This document shows, one piece after another, positions 40,756 through 49,895 of a stretch of 64,000 bases of DNA. Numbering within the stretch: the first letter of the stretch is position 1; each line of letters opens with the position of its first letter. Source of the stretch: Myxococcota bacterium (lineage in GTDB: Bacteria; Myxococcota_A; UBA9160; UBA4427). The translations under genes were made by a program, and so were the position numbers. The notes under the pieces are model-generated. The model was not told where the DNA came from. It saw only the letters and a program-made list of their open reading frames with translations, and ran no database searches. The DNA lies in assembly GCA_965250285.1 (NCBI GenBank), contig OZ252299.1, forward strand, positions 1,632,001 through 1,696,000. The letters run 5' to 3'.

Positions 40756-42588
40756 ATGAACATCCTCGGCATCTCGGCCTACTACCACGACAGCGCGGCG
40801 TGCCTCGTGCAGGACGGTCGAATCGTGGCGGCGGCGCAGGAAGAGCGCTTCACGCGCAAGAAGCACGACTACAACTTCCCGTCGAACGCCATCGACTTCT
40901 GCCTCGAGCAGGGCGGCATCCAGACGAGCGACCTCGACCTCGTCACCTTCTACGACAAGCCGCTGCTCAAGTTCGACCGCCTGCTCGAGACGTACATCGC
41001 CTACGCCCCCTCGGGGTTCAAGCTGTTCCTCATGGGGCTGCCGCTCTGGCTCAAGCAGAAGCTGCATACACCGCGCGAGCTCGATCGCGGACTCAAGGGC
41101 GAATACAAGGGACGTTTCGTCTTCACCGAGCATCACGAGTCGCATGCGGCCAGCGCGTTCTTCCCGTCGCCGTTCGAGGACGCTGCGGTGCTGACACTCG
41201 ATGGCGTCGGCGAGTGGGCCACGGGCTCGATCGCGCACGGTCGAGGGCACGAGCTCTCGATGCTCAAGGAGCTGCGCTTCCCGCACTCGCTCGGCCTCTT
41301 GTACTCGGCGTTCACCTACTTCACCGGCTTCAAGGTGAACAGCGGTGAATACAAGCTGATGGGCCTCGCTCCGTACGGCGACCCGGTCTACAAGGACCTG
41401 ATGATCGAGAAGCTGCTCGACATCAAGGACGACGGCTCATTCCGCATGGACATGAGCTACTTCGGGTTCTGCAACAGCGACGTGATGACGTCGCCGAAGA
41501 TGGACACGCTCTTCGGCGGCCCCCCGCGCAAGAGCGAGACCGAGATCTCGCAGCGCGAGATGGACATCGCGGCGTCGATTCAGGCCGTGACCGAAGAGAT
41601 CGTGCTGAAGATCGCGAACTATGCACACGAGCAGACCGGCTCGAAGAATCTGTGCATGGCGGGGGGTGTCGCGCTGAACTGCGTGGCGAACGGACGGGTC
41701 CTCCGCGAGGGCCCCTTCGAGAACGTATGGATCCAGCCTGCGGCCGGGGATGCCGGCGGCGCGCTCGGCGCAGCACTCTTCACCTGGCATCAGCTGCTCG
41801 GCAACGAGCGCAAGGTGGACCCGGGTGATGCGCAGTACGGCTCGCTGCTCGGCCCCGAGTTCGAGGAGGACGAGGTCGTCTCGTACCTCAAGTCGGTCGG
41901 GGCCGTGTATCACAAGTACGACGACGAGGAGAAGCTCGTCGACGCCATCGCCGAGCTGATCGCGAGCGAGAAGGTCGTCGGTCACTTCGCGGACCGGGCC
42001 GAGTTCGGTCCGCGTGCCCTCGGGAGCCGCTCGATCCTCGGGGATGGCCGCTCGACCAAGATGCAGGAGACGATGAACTTGAAGATCAAGTTCAGGGAGT
42101 CGTTCCGCCCGTTCGCACCGGCGGTGCTCCGCGACGACGTCCACGAGTACTTCGACATGCGCGAGGACGAGAACAGCCCGTACATGCTGCTCGTGGCGCC
42201 GGTGAAGGACGAGAAGCGACTGCCGGTCGCCGAAGCCGATCAGGCCAAGGGTCTCGGCAAGCTGAAGGAGGTGCGGTCGGTCGTGCCCGCCATCACGCAC
42301 GTCGACTACTCGGCCCGCGTGCAGACGATCGATGAGGAGCATCACCCGCGCTTCCACAAGATCATCACCGCCTTCAAGCGCAAGACGGGCAGCCCGGTCG
42401 TGATCAACACCAGCTTCAATGTGCGCGGCGAACCGATCGTCAACACGCCCCACGACGCCTACCGCTGCTTCATGCACACCAACATGGACGTGCTGGTGCT
42501 CGAGAACGTGATCCTGTTGAAGGACGAGCAGCCGGGCGCGGGCGAGATCGACGAGGCGGCCTACCTGGCCGAGTTCGCCCTCGACTGA
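40756..42588 (+). CDS. O-carbamoyltransferase (NodU/CmcH/SxtI family)
   Basis: ILGISAYYHDSAA, EERFTRKKH, EHHESHAASAF, EYKLMGLAPYG, EFGPRALG, NTSFNVRGEP. Confidence 0.96.
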   Translation: MNILGISAYYHDSAACLVQDGRIVAAAQEERFTRKKHDYNFPSNAIDFCLEQGGIQTSDLDLVTFYDKPLLKFDRLLETYIAYAPSGFKLFLMGLPLWLKQKLHTPRELDRGLKGEYKGRFVFTEHHESHAASAFFPSPFEDAAVLTLDGVGEWATGSIAHGRGHELSMLKELRFPHSLGLLYSAFTYFTGFKVNSGEYKLMGLAPYGDPVYKDLMIEKLLDIKDDGSFRMDMSYFGFCNSDVMTSPKMDTLFGGPPRKSETEISQREMDIAASIQAVTEEIVLKIANYAHEQTGSKNLCMAGGVALNCVANGRVLREGPFENVWIQPAAGDAGGALGAALFTWHQLLGNERKVDPGDAQYGSLLGPEFEEDEVVSYLKSVGAVYHKYDDEEKLVDAIAELIASEKVVGHFADRAEFGPRALGSRSILGDGRSTKMQETMNLKIKFRESFRPFAPAVLRDDVHEYFDMREDENSPYMLLVAPVKDEKRLPVAEADQAKGLGKLKEVRSVVPAITHVDYSARVQTIDEEHHPRFHKIITAFKRKTGSPVVINTSFNVRGEPIVNTPHDAYRCFMHTNMDVLVLENVILLKDEQPGAGEIDEAAYLAEFALD

Positions 42589-42639
42589 TTCCCGGCCGCG
42601 TCGCACCTCGATTCGAGCACCCCGAGAAGGACATCGACC

Positions 42640-43086
42640 ATGTCGAAGATGATCGAAATCAACCTGCGTCCCGACGAGAAGACGCTGCGCCAGTTCGGCT
42701 GGATCGCGCTGGTGGGCTTCTCGTTCATCGCCGTGATCGCCTGGTACGAGAAGCTGATCTTCGCCTTCGGGCTCGGCGATGCCCGGGAGATCGTCGCCTA
42801 CACGTTTGCGGGCCTTGCGGCGGCGTCGGCGTTCTTCTCGCTGGTGTTTCCCAAGGCGAACCTGCCGATCTACCTCGGGCTCACGATCCTGTCCTTCCCG
42901 ATCGGGTTCGTGCTCAGCTACGTGATTATGGGGACGCTCTTCTATCTGTTGATCTCGCCCGTGGCGATCTTCTTCAAGATCACGGGCCGCGATGCGATGC
43001 ACCGGCGCTTCGACCCCGACGCCACGACCTATTGGTCCGATCCGCGCCCCGCGCGCGGTCCCGAGAGCTACTTCAAGCAGTATTGA
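42640..43086 (+). CDS. SxtJ-family membrane protein
   Basis: LRQFG, TM helices, GRDAM, TYW, FKQY end; follows the carbamoyltransferase. Confidence 0.85.
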   Translation: MSKMIEINLRPDEKTLRQFGWIALVGFSFIAVIAWYEKLIFAFGLGDAREIVAYTFAGLAAASAFFSLVFPKANLPIYLGLTILSFPIGFVLSYVIMGTLFYLLISPVAIFFKITGRDAMHRRFDPDATTYWSDPRPARGPESYFKQY

Positions 43087-43138
43087 GGATCCGGCCAGGA
43101 CGGTCCTCTCAACGCACCCGAACGGAGACTTCGCCGAC

Positions 43139-43342
43139 ATGTCAGAGCAGAACGACGCCAAGGATTTCGCCGCCCAGGCGGCCTCGGACGAGCGCACCGG
43201 GCTCGGCGGCGAGTTCGTCGCCTTCTTGAAGGAGAACAAGAAGTGGTGGCTCGCCCCCATCATCTTCTCGATTCTCGGCCTGGGTCTGCTCGTGCTGCTC
43301 GGTGGCACGGCCGCTGCGCCCTTCATCTACACGCTCTTCTAG
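43139..43342 (+). CDS. DUF5989 / SxtK-like small membrane protein
   Basis: FLKENKKWWLAPI...APFIYTLF signature. Confidence 0.9.
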   Translation: MSEQNDAKDFAAQAASDERTGLGGEFVAFLKENKKWWLAPIIFSILGLGLLVLLGGTAAAPFIYTLF

Positions 43343-43486
43343 GGTCGACCCTCCTCCGGCGCCGCCCGGCGTCGGAGGAGCGCGCGTCCGAGGCCCGCTG
43401 AACGAGGGCGCGACGCGTGCCCCGGGGCAGGCGTGGCCCGTCCCGGACGTGGCCGGGTCGATCGTCGCGGCGTGCGCCGCCGTGGG

Positions 43487-44626
43487 GTGGATCGCTTGAA
43501 CGCAGTGCTCGTCGTCGTCTTGCTCTCCGGCGCGTGGGTCGTCTACGCGTACGCGGGCTACCCGCTGCTGCTCTGGCTGCTGGCGCGAATCTCGCCGCGC
43601 GAGATTCGCGAAGCCGCGATCCATCCCTCGCTCTCGATCATCATCACGGTCCACAATGGCGCGGCCGAGCTCCCCGCCAAGCTCGAGGCCACGCTCGCGC
43701 TCCCGTACCCGGGTGCGAAGGAAATCATCGTGTCGTCGGATGGCTCGACCGACGAGACCGAGTCGATCGTCCGCAGCTTCGAGGCGAAGGGGGTTCGACT
43801 CGTGGCGTCGGCCGAGCGAGCGGGCAAGGAGGCCGGGCAGGCGCGCGCGATCGCCGTCGCCGAGGGCGAGATCCTCGTGTTCACCGACGGGCGGACGCGG
43901 CTCGGCGAACAGGCCCTCGTCGAGCTCGTAAAGCCCTTCGCCGACCCGACGATCGGCGCCGTCTCCACCGAGGACGACGTCGAGTCGGAAGGCGGCGAGG
44001 GCGCCTATGTGCGGTACGAGATGGCCCTGCGAAGGTTGGAGAACCGCGCGACCAGTCTCGTCGGTCTGTCGGGCTCGGGTTTCGCCGTTCGCCGCGAGCT
44101 GGCCCAGCCCTGGCCGACCGATCTGGCGAGCGACTTCAGAACCGCGCTCGAGGTCGGACGCCGCGGGTACCGAGCCGTATCGCAACCGACCGCCGTGGCT
44201 TCCTTCGAGGCGCTCGACGACCCCGCCCGGGAGTGGGAGCGCAAGGTGCGCACGGTGCGCCGGGGCATCGCCGTGCTGTCGCACCACCGCGCGTTGCTCT
44301 CGCCGCGCTACGGCCGCGTCGCGTTCTCGGTCTGGGGCCACAAAGTCGCTCGATTCACCGCGCCGTTCGCGCTCGTCGCCATGCTGGTCGCGCCCGCGCT
44401 CGGCGCGCTGGCCGACCCGCGCTGGGCCGCGTTCTTTGCGCTCGAGGTCGCCGCGATCGCAGGAGCGCTGCTCGCGCTCGTATCCCCCGCCGTCGCCCGC
44501 GTGATGCCGCTTCGGCTCGGAGGCTTCTTCTTGCTCGTCAACGCGTCGATCCTGCAGGCGTGGGTGCACCACTGGCGCGGGGAACGCGCCGTGACGTGGA
44601 CGCCGACGCGCGAGCGCGCATCGTGA
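43487..44626 (+). CDS. GT2-family glycosyltransferase
   Basis: YAYAGYP, VHN, SDGSTD, FTD, ASDF, EWERKVR; C-terminal TM helices. Confidence 0.9.
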   Translation: MDRLNAVLVVVLLSGAWVVYAYAGYPLLLWLLARISPREIREAAIHPSLSIIITVHNGAAELPAKLEATLALPYPGAKEIIVSSDGSTDETESIVRSFEAKGVRLVASAERAGKEAGQARAIAVAEGEILVFTDGRTRLGEQALVELVKPFADPTIGAVSTEDDVESEGGEGAYVRYEMALRRLENRATSLVGLSGSGFAVRRELAQPWPTDLASDFRTALEVGRRGYRAVSQPTAVASFEALDDPAREWERKVRTVRRGIAVLSHHRALLSPRYGRVAFSVWGHKVARFTAPFALVAMLVAPALGALADPRWAAFFALEVAAIAGALLALVSPAVARVMPLRLGGFFLLVNASILQAWVHHWRGERAVTWTPTRERAS

Positions 44627-44633
44627 TGCGGCG

Positions 44634-45839
44634 ATGGTCCTCGAGGCCGCGTCGGTGAGTCGTGTGGCTCGGCTGCGCTTGCCGCCTTCGGGCGATGCGC
44701 TCGGGGCGGCGGCGTGGCGGCGTCTCGTCAAGCGGCAGCCGACGAGTGCGAGCCTGGCCCGGCGTCTCGCGCTGCGTCTCGGTGCCGACCGCGTGTGGCT
44801 GCTGCGGTCGGGACGCGAAGCGATGCGCCGCGGTCTCGAGCTCGCCGCTCGCAGCACCGGTCGGGGCGAGATCCTCGTGCCCGCCTACTGCTGCTTCTCG
44901 GTCGCCGCAGCGGCGGTCGCTGCGGGCCTGCGCGTACGTCTGGTCGATGTCGACCCGGTCGGGCGCATCGATCTGGAGGCCCTCTCGAAGGCGCCGCTCG
45001 ACGACGTCGCAGCGGTCGTCGTGTGCAACCTCTTCGGGCGTGCCGAACCGGTCGAGGCGATTCGCCGTCACGCTTCTGCGGCGGGGGCGTGGCTGGTCGA
45101 CGATGCGGCGCAGGCATTCGGCGCAACGGCGTCGAGCTCGATGGGTCGATCGGTGGGCGCACGGGGTGATCTCGGCGTGCTGAGCTTTGGTCGCGGCAAG
45201 CCGCTGTCGGGCCTCGGTGGGGGCGCCCTCGTGCTGGGCTCGGGCACCGAAGCCCACGCCGACGAAGCGCCGGCCGAAGTCGCACCGGCGCCGGCACGCG
45301 CCCTCGCGAAGGCGCTGGCCTGGGATCTCGCTCTTCAGCCGGCCGTCTTCACGGGCTTGGCGAGCATCCCCGCGCTCGGGATCGGAGAGACGCCCTTCGC
45401 CCCCGACTTCGAGCGCGGTGGCATCGACGGCGCGTCGCTCGTGCTCACCGATCTCGCCCTCGACGCCGCGGCCGCGACCGCCGAAGCCCGGTGTCACGAC
45501 GCCCGTCGCCTCGCCGACGCCCTGCACGCACGCACGCGATTCGAGGTCATCGAGTCGGAGCCAGGGGAGCACGCGGTCTCGCCGCGGCTCGTCGTCCGGG
45601 CCCCCGACGAGGCCGCCCGCTCGGCGGCGCTCGCGGGGTTGGCTCGTGTCGGCGCCGGGGCGAGTGGCCTCTACCCCGCGGCCCTGAGCCGCTTGGAGGC
45701 TCTCCGTCCACACCGCGTCGACACGGCATCGATGCCCGGGGCCGAGCGCCTCGCAGGGCGAATCCTCACGCTTCCGGTCAACGGCTCGCTTCGTGGTGCG
45801 CGCTGGGAAGCCGCCCTGGCCGAGCTCGCGCGCCTCTGA
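44634..45839 (+). CDS. DegT/DnrJ/EryC1/StrS-family aminotransferase
   Basis: SGREA, LVPAYCC, DDAAQAFG, LSFGRGKPL, LTLPV. Confidence 0.85.
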   Translation: MVLEAASVSRVARLRLPPSGDALGAAAWRRLVKRQPTSASLARRLALRLGADRVWLLRSGREAMRRGLELAARSTGRGEILVPAYCCFSVAAAAVAAGLRVRLVDVDPVGRIDLEALSKAPLDDVAAVVVCNLFGRAEPVEAIRRHASAAGAWLVDDAAQAFGATASSSMGRSVGARGDLGVLSFGRGKPLSGLGGGALVLGSGTEAHADEAPAEVAPAPARALAKALAWDLALQPAVFTGLASIPALGIGETPFAPDFERGGIDGASLVLTDLALDAAAATAEARCHDARRLADALHARTRFEVIESEPGEHAVSPRLVVRAPDEAARSAALAGLARVGAGASGLYPAALSRLEALRPHRVDTASMPGAERLAGRILTLPVNGSLRGARWEAALAELARL

Positions 45840-45939
45840 GGGCTCGGGCGGCGGCGGGTTTCGGGCGGGCGCCGGCGTCCGTCGAGTGAGGCACCTTCTC
45901 CCACCGACCCAAGCAGAGTCGACGAAACTTCGAGCCTGG

Positions 45940-46764
45940 TCAGGCGGCGCGGGCCGCTGCGGCTTCGGTCAGCGCGCCGTCGTGTCGTGCGTCGAGGACG
46001 GCGACCAAGGCGGCGGCCAGCGCGGCGACGATCAGCGGGCCGTCGTCGAGGGCGGCGAGTGCGCCGGCTCGATTCGACGCCCCCGCGCGCAGCAGCGCCG
46101 TGAGCATCACCGTGCTCTGCAGCGCAAAGCCGAGGGCGCCGAAGGCGGCCGTCCGACCGAGCAGCCGGAGCGGCGCGTCGGCGCGGCGCAGCCCCTGGGC
46201 GAATCCGACGAGAGCGAGCGCATGCGCCAGCACGAGGCCATCGTCTTCGGGAAAGAACTCGACGCGCGTCTCATCCGGACCGTATGCGACGGGCCCGACG
46301 CGCTCGAACTCGGCGCCGAGACCCTCGGCGACCGGCGCGAGCAGCTGCATCCAGAGTGACTCGAGGTCGGGGGAGAGGCTCTCGAGGACGAAGATCGGCA
46401 CCGGTACGAGCCACACGACCAGCAGCGCGACGGGCAGGGCTGGACGCCCGGTCCAGCCCGCGACGCCAATGATGCCGAGCGCCAGGCCGCCCAGGCCGAG
46501 CGACGGCGAGTCGACCTCGAAGCCGACGAGCATCGCCACAGGCGCGATCACCACGCACGCGAGCCCGATGGCGCGATGGGGCTGCGCGGGCTCGCCGCGG
46601 CTTCGCCAGGCCAGGGCGCCAAAGAGGATCGGTGCGAGCAGGATCGTCCGGCTCTCGGGCCGTTCCGTGAGCCAGGTGGGGACGTGGGTCAGCAGCGGGG
46701 ACGCCGCGACCGCCAGAGCCGCCCAGAGCGCCCAGCGCCCGACGCCGTTCGAGGCCGGGGTCAG
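45940..46764 (-). CDS. Exosortase-like membrane protein lacking catalytic Cys/Arg/His; probable CTG start
   Basis: ORF stays open upstream of 46554 to CTG 46764, which has GGAG 7 nt before it; about 274 aa; ILLAPILFGALAWRSR, WLVPVP, RVEFFPEDDGL align by eye with exosortase. Confidence 0.55.
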   Translation of the reverse strand: MTPASNGVGRWALWAALAVAASPLLTHVPTWLTERPESRTILLAPILFGALAWRSRGEPAQPHRAIGLACVVIAPVAMLVGFEVDSPSLGLGGLALGIIGVAGWTGRPALPVALLVVWLVPVPIFVLESLSPDLESLWMQLLAPVAEGLGAEFERVGPVAYGPDETRVEFFPEDDGLVLAHALALVGFAQGLRRADAPLRLLGRTAAFGALGFALQSTVMLTALLRAGASNRAGALAALDDGPLIVAALAAALVAVLDARHDGALTEAAAARAA

Positions 46765-46780
46765 GACGCAGCTCCGGAGA

Positions 46781-48161
46781 TCAGACGCCCTGGAAGGTGA
46801 CGAGGGTCTTGACCGTCTGCCAGAGAACCAGCAGGTCCATCTGGAACGAGCGGTACTTGAGGTAGTACAGGTCGAGGGCGAGCTTCTCTTCGAAGCCCGC
46901 GAGGTCGTTCACGTAGCCGTGACGAATCTGCGCCCACCCGGTGCCCCCCCGGCTTCACGCTGCAGCGGAGCCGGAAGTACGGATAGCGCTCCGAGATCGA
47001 ATCGACGAACTCGGGTCGCTCGGGGCGCGGACCGACGAAGCTCATGTCGCCGCGCAGGACGTTGATCAGCTGGGGCAGCTCGTCGATCCGTGTCTTTCGG
47101 ATGAAGCCGCCCACGCGCGTGATGCGGTCGTCCTGCTCCGCGGTGAACCGGGGGCCTTCGGCCTCGGCGTCCACCCGCATCGAGCGCAGCTTCAGCACCT
47201 CGAAGGTGCTTCCGCCGAGACCGAGCCGATCCTGCTTGAAGAGTACGGGGCCCCTCGAGTCGAGCTTGATCGCGGCGGCCGTCAGGGCCAACACGGGTGC
47301 CGAAAGCAGCAGCGCGACGCTCGCGCCGACGACGTCGAGGCTGCGCTTGAGCGCGCCCGAGATGCGCCCCTCTCGGAAGCCATCCGAGAAGATCAAGTAG
47401 CTCGCGCGCAGCCCGCGCAGGTAGATGCGGCCGGTCACACGTTCGTAGAACGAGATGCCCGACTCGACGCGGACGTTCGAGAGCTTCGCGTTGAGCAGCT
47501 CCTCTTCGGGGAAGTACTCGTTGCGGTCCTTCGAGGCCACGACGACGCGACCGATCCTGCGCGCCTGCATCACCTTCTCGATCTCGTGCACCTTGCCGAG
47601 CACGGGGTAGCCCTCGAGCGAGAACTGTCGGTGAACGAGATCTTCGTCGTCGGTCAGGAAGCCGACGAGGGAGATGCCGAGGTTGGGTCGATCGCGCATG
47701 GCGCGCGCGATGGCGAGGCCGAGCTCGCTCGCGCCGACCACGAGCACCTTCTCGTTGAAGCGGGGGAGCGACGACACCCAGCGGAAGCCGAGGCGCTCGA
47801 TGAAGAGCAGCGGGAAGTACACGCCCGCGGTGACCGCGAGGCTGCGCACGACACCGGCTTGCGTATGGACGGCGAAGTACAGCACCAGGGCGCCGACGAA
47901 AGCGAGCCCCATGGCGCTCAGCACCGAGCTGAAGTTTGCGCGTCCGCTGCCGAGGACCTGCGGGCTATACGCGTCGCAGTAGTACAGCGCGGCGAACGCC
48001 GACACGGCGCCGACGGCGGCCAGGGGCCAGAACTCGGCGGCCGCGAGCTGTTGACCGGGCATCGTCCACGCGGCGATGGCGGCGAGACCGAAGACGATGA
48101 AGTCGGCCATGACGGCGACCAGCACGCGTCTCAGGTAGGGGTTGAGTAGGTAATAGTCCAT
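46781..48161 (-). pseudogene. Priming sugar transferase (WcaJ-like; PEP-CTERM system type), frameshifted at a G7 run
   Basis: KRSLD, KLRSM, RIDELPQL, GDMSFVGPRPERP, then VKPG; the expected TGWAQIRHGY...KLALDLYYLK...QTVKT continues in another frame after C7 at 46944-46950. Confidence 0.88.
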
Positions 48162-48701
48162 CGAAATTAAGAACGTCTCGAGAGCGTGCGCCGGGCGAGG
48201 CGCGAGAGCTGCGGCTAGTCGATGTGTGAAACGCGGGGCGTCCAGGTTTGCGACGCACTGCGTCCAAGTCGGTTGGAACCTTGCTGACTCGGGCGCCGGT
48301 GGATGTCTTTTCGTTCCACGCGGTCCACGAGTGAGTGCCCGAAAATCTCGGAAAGGGTCAGCGGAAAACGTCCGATAATCCGGGCAGGATGCGGGGCATG
48401 CGGCGGCTTTGCGAAGCCATGATATTCGACTCGCAGGGCCTGTGTCCATCGAACCCCTCGCTCCCTCGATGGCGGAGCGGGGGAATTTGTGTGGTGAAGC
48501 TGGGGCGGTCGATTCCCCTCGAACGATCGGGATCTTTCATGCGGTGCGTCACGATTGCGCGATACTCAAGCCCGTACGCCGACTTGTGTCCGCTTTTGCG
48601 CATCAGAGGAGAGACGGCGTTTGACCGTTGTGGCGGGTTGCCCGCCGGTCCATGGTCGGCGAATCAACCACCGCGTTTTTCGATTCGACTCGGGAGTCGC
48701 C

Positions 48702-49817
48702 GTGCGCGTTGATCGCATCGACCAGGTATTCGCCGAAGCGGCGTCATCGGGCGGCGACTGGAAGCAGGCCTGGAACGCCTTCGCAGCCGCACAGCGCGGT
48801 GTTCAGCTCGGCCATGCCGCGCAGTGGATCGAGGTGTTCGAGCGCGCCTATGGCGTCGAGGTCGTGCCGCTCGTGGCTCTGGGCGAAGCGGGCGAGATTC
48901 GAGGTGTGCTGCCTCTAGCCCGCTTTCGGGGTCTGACCGGGCGGCAGGAGTGGATCTCGCTGCCGTATCTCGATGCGGCGGGCATTCTGGCAGTGGACGG
49001 CGAAGCGGCGCAGGCCCTTCACGAGGCGGCGCTCGAGCTCGCGCGGTCGACGGGCGCCGCGGCGCTCGAGCTGCGCACGCTCGACGTCGCGCCCCGATGC
49101 GACGAGACCGATGTGGCGGCGGATCCCGTCACGGAGGGCGAGGCGGTCGCGAGCGCGCCGCATCGGGTCGATCTGCGGCTCACGCTCGAAGCCGACGAAG
49201 AGGCGCAGTGGTCGGCCGTGCGCGCGAAGGTGCGCAATCAGACGCGCAAGGCGACACGCGAAGGGCTCGAGATCGGGGAAGCCCGTGGTCTCGACGCAGT
49301 CGATGCGTTCTACGAGCCTTTCTGCCAGAACATGCGCGATCTCGGCTCACCCGTGCATGGCCGATCGCTCTTCGAAGAGCTGTTGCGCGCCTTCGGCGAC
49401 CAGGCACAGCTCATCACGTGTCACGGCGGCGGACCGAGCATCGGGGGCCTGGTCGCGATCGAGTTCGCGGGCACCGTGAGTGTCCCCTGGGCCTCTACGC
49501 TCCGCTCGGAGCGCAAGAAGTGCCCGAACAACCTGATCTACTGGGAGGCTCTGCGATGGGCCGTCGAGCGCGGTGCCTCGACGTTCGACTTCGGTCGATC
49601 GCCCGTCGGTGAAGGCACCTGGCGCTTCAAGAAGGGCTGGGGGGCCGAAGAGGTGCCGCTGATCTGGTCCCGCTACGGCCCCGACGGCGGCGCCCTGCCG
49701 CTCGAGGCGGTCGGTGACGACCCGAAGATGCGACGGCTGTCCGATCTCTGGGGACGCTTGCCGGTCGGCCTCACGCGCGTCGTCGGCCCGCCGATTCGTC
49801 GCCGGCTGTCGGCGTAG
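48702..49817 (+). CDS. FemAB-related GNAT protein (PEP-CTERM system-associated type)
   Basis: SLPYLDAAG, KVRNQTRKA, NMRDLGSPVH, PNNLIYW, FDFGRS, FKKGWG. Confidence 0.88.
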   Translation: MRVDRIDQVFAEAASSGGDWKQAWNAFAAAQRGVQLGHAAQWIEVFERAYGVEVVPLVALGEAGEIRGVLPLARFRGLTGRQEWISLPYLDAAGILAVDGEAAQALHEAALELARSTGAAALELRTLDVAPRCDETDVAADPVTEGEAVASAPHRVDLRLTLEADEEAQWSAVRAKVRNQTRKATREGLEIGEARGLDAVDAFYEPFCQNMRDLGSPVHGRSLFEELLRAFGDQAQLITCHGGGPSIGGLVAIEFAGTVSVPWASTLRSERKKCPNNLIYWEALRWAVERGASTFDFGRSPVGEGTWRFKKGWGAEEVPLIWSRYGPDGGALPLEAVGDDPKMRRLSDLWGRLPVGLTRVVGPPIRRRLSA

Positions 49818-49895
49818 GTCGAAGCGCAGCCCCAGCCGCCCAGAACGCACGATCCCGTCGGTCGCGCCGCGAGCGATGTCGAAGGCGGGGCGCGG

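Noticed and set aside
40756..43342. Saxitoxin or Nod-factor biosynthesis
   Set aside because: No sxtA/sxtG or nodABC homologues; only tailoring-type families are present
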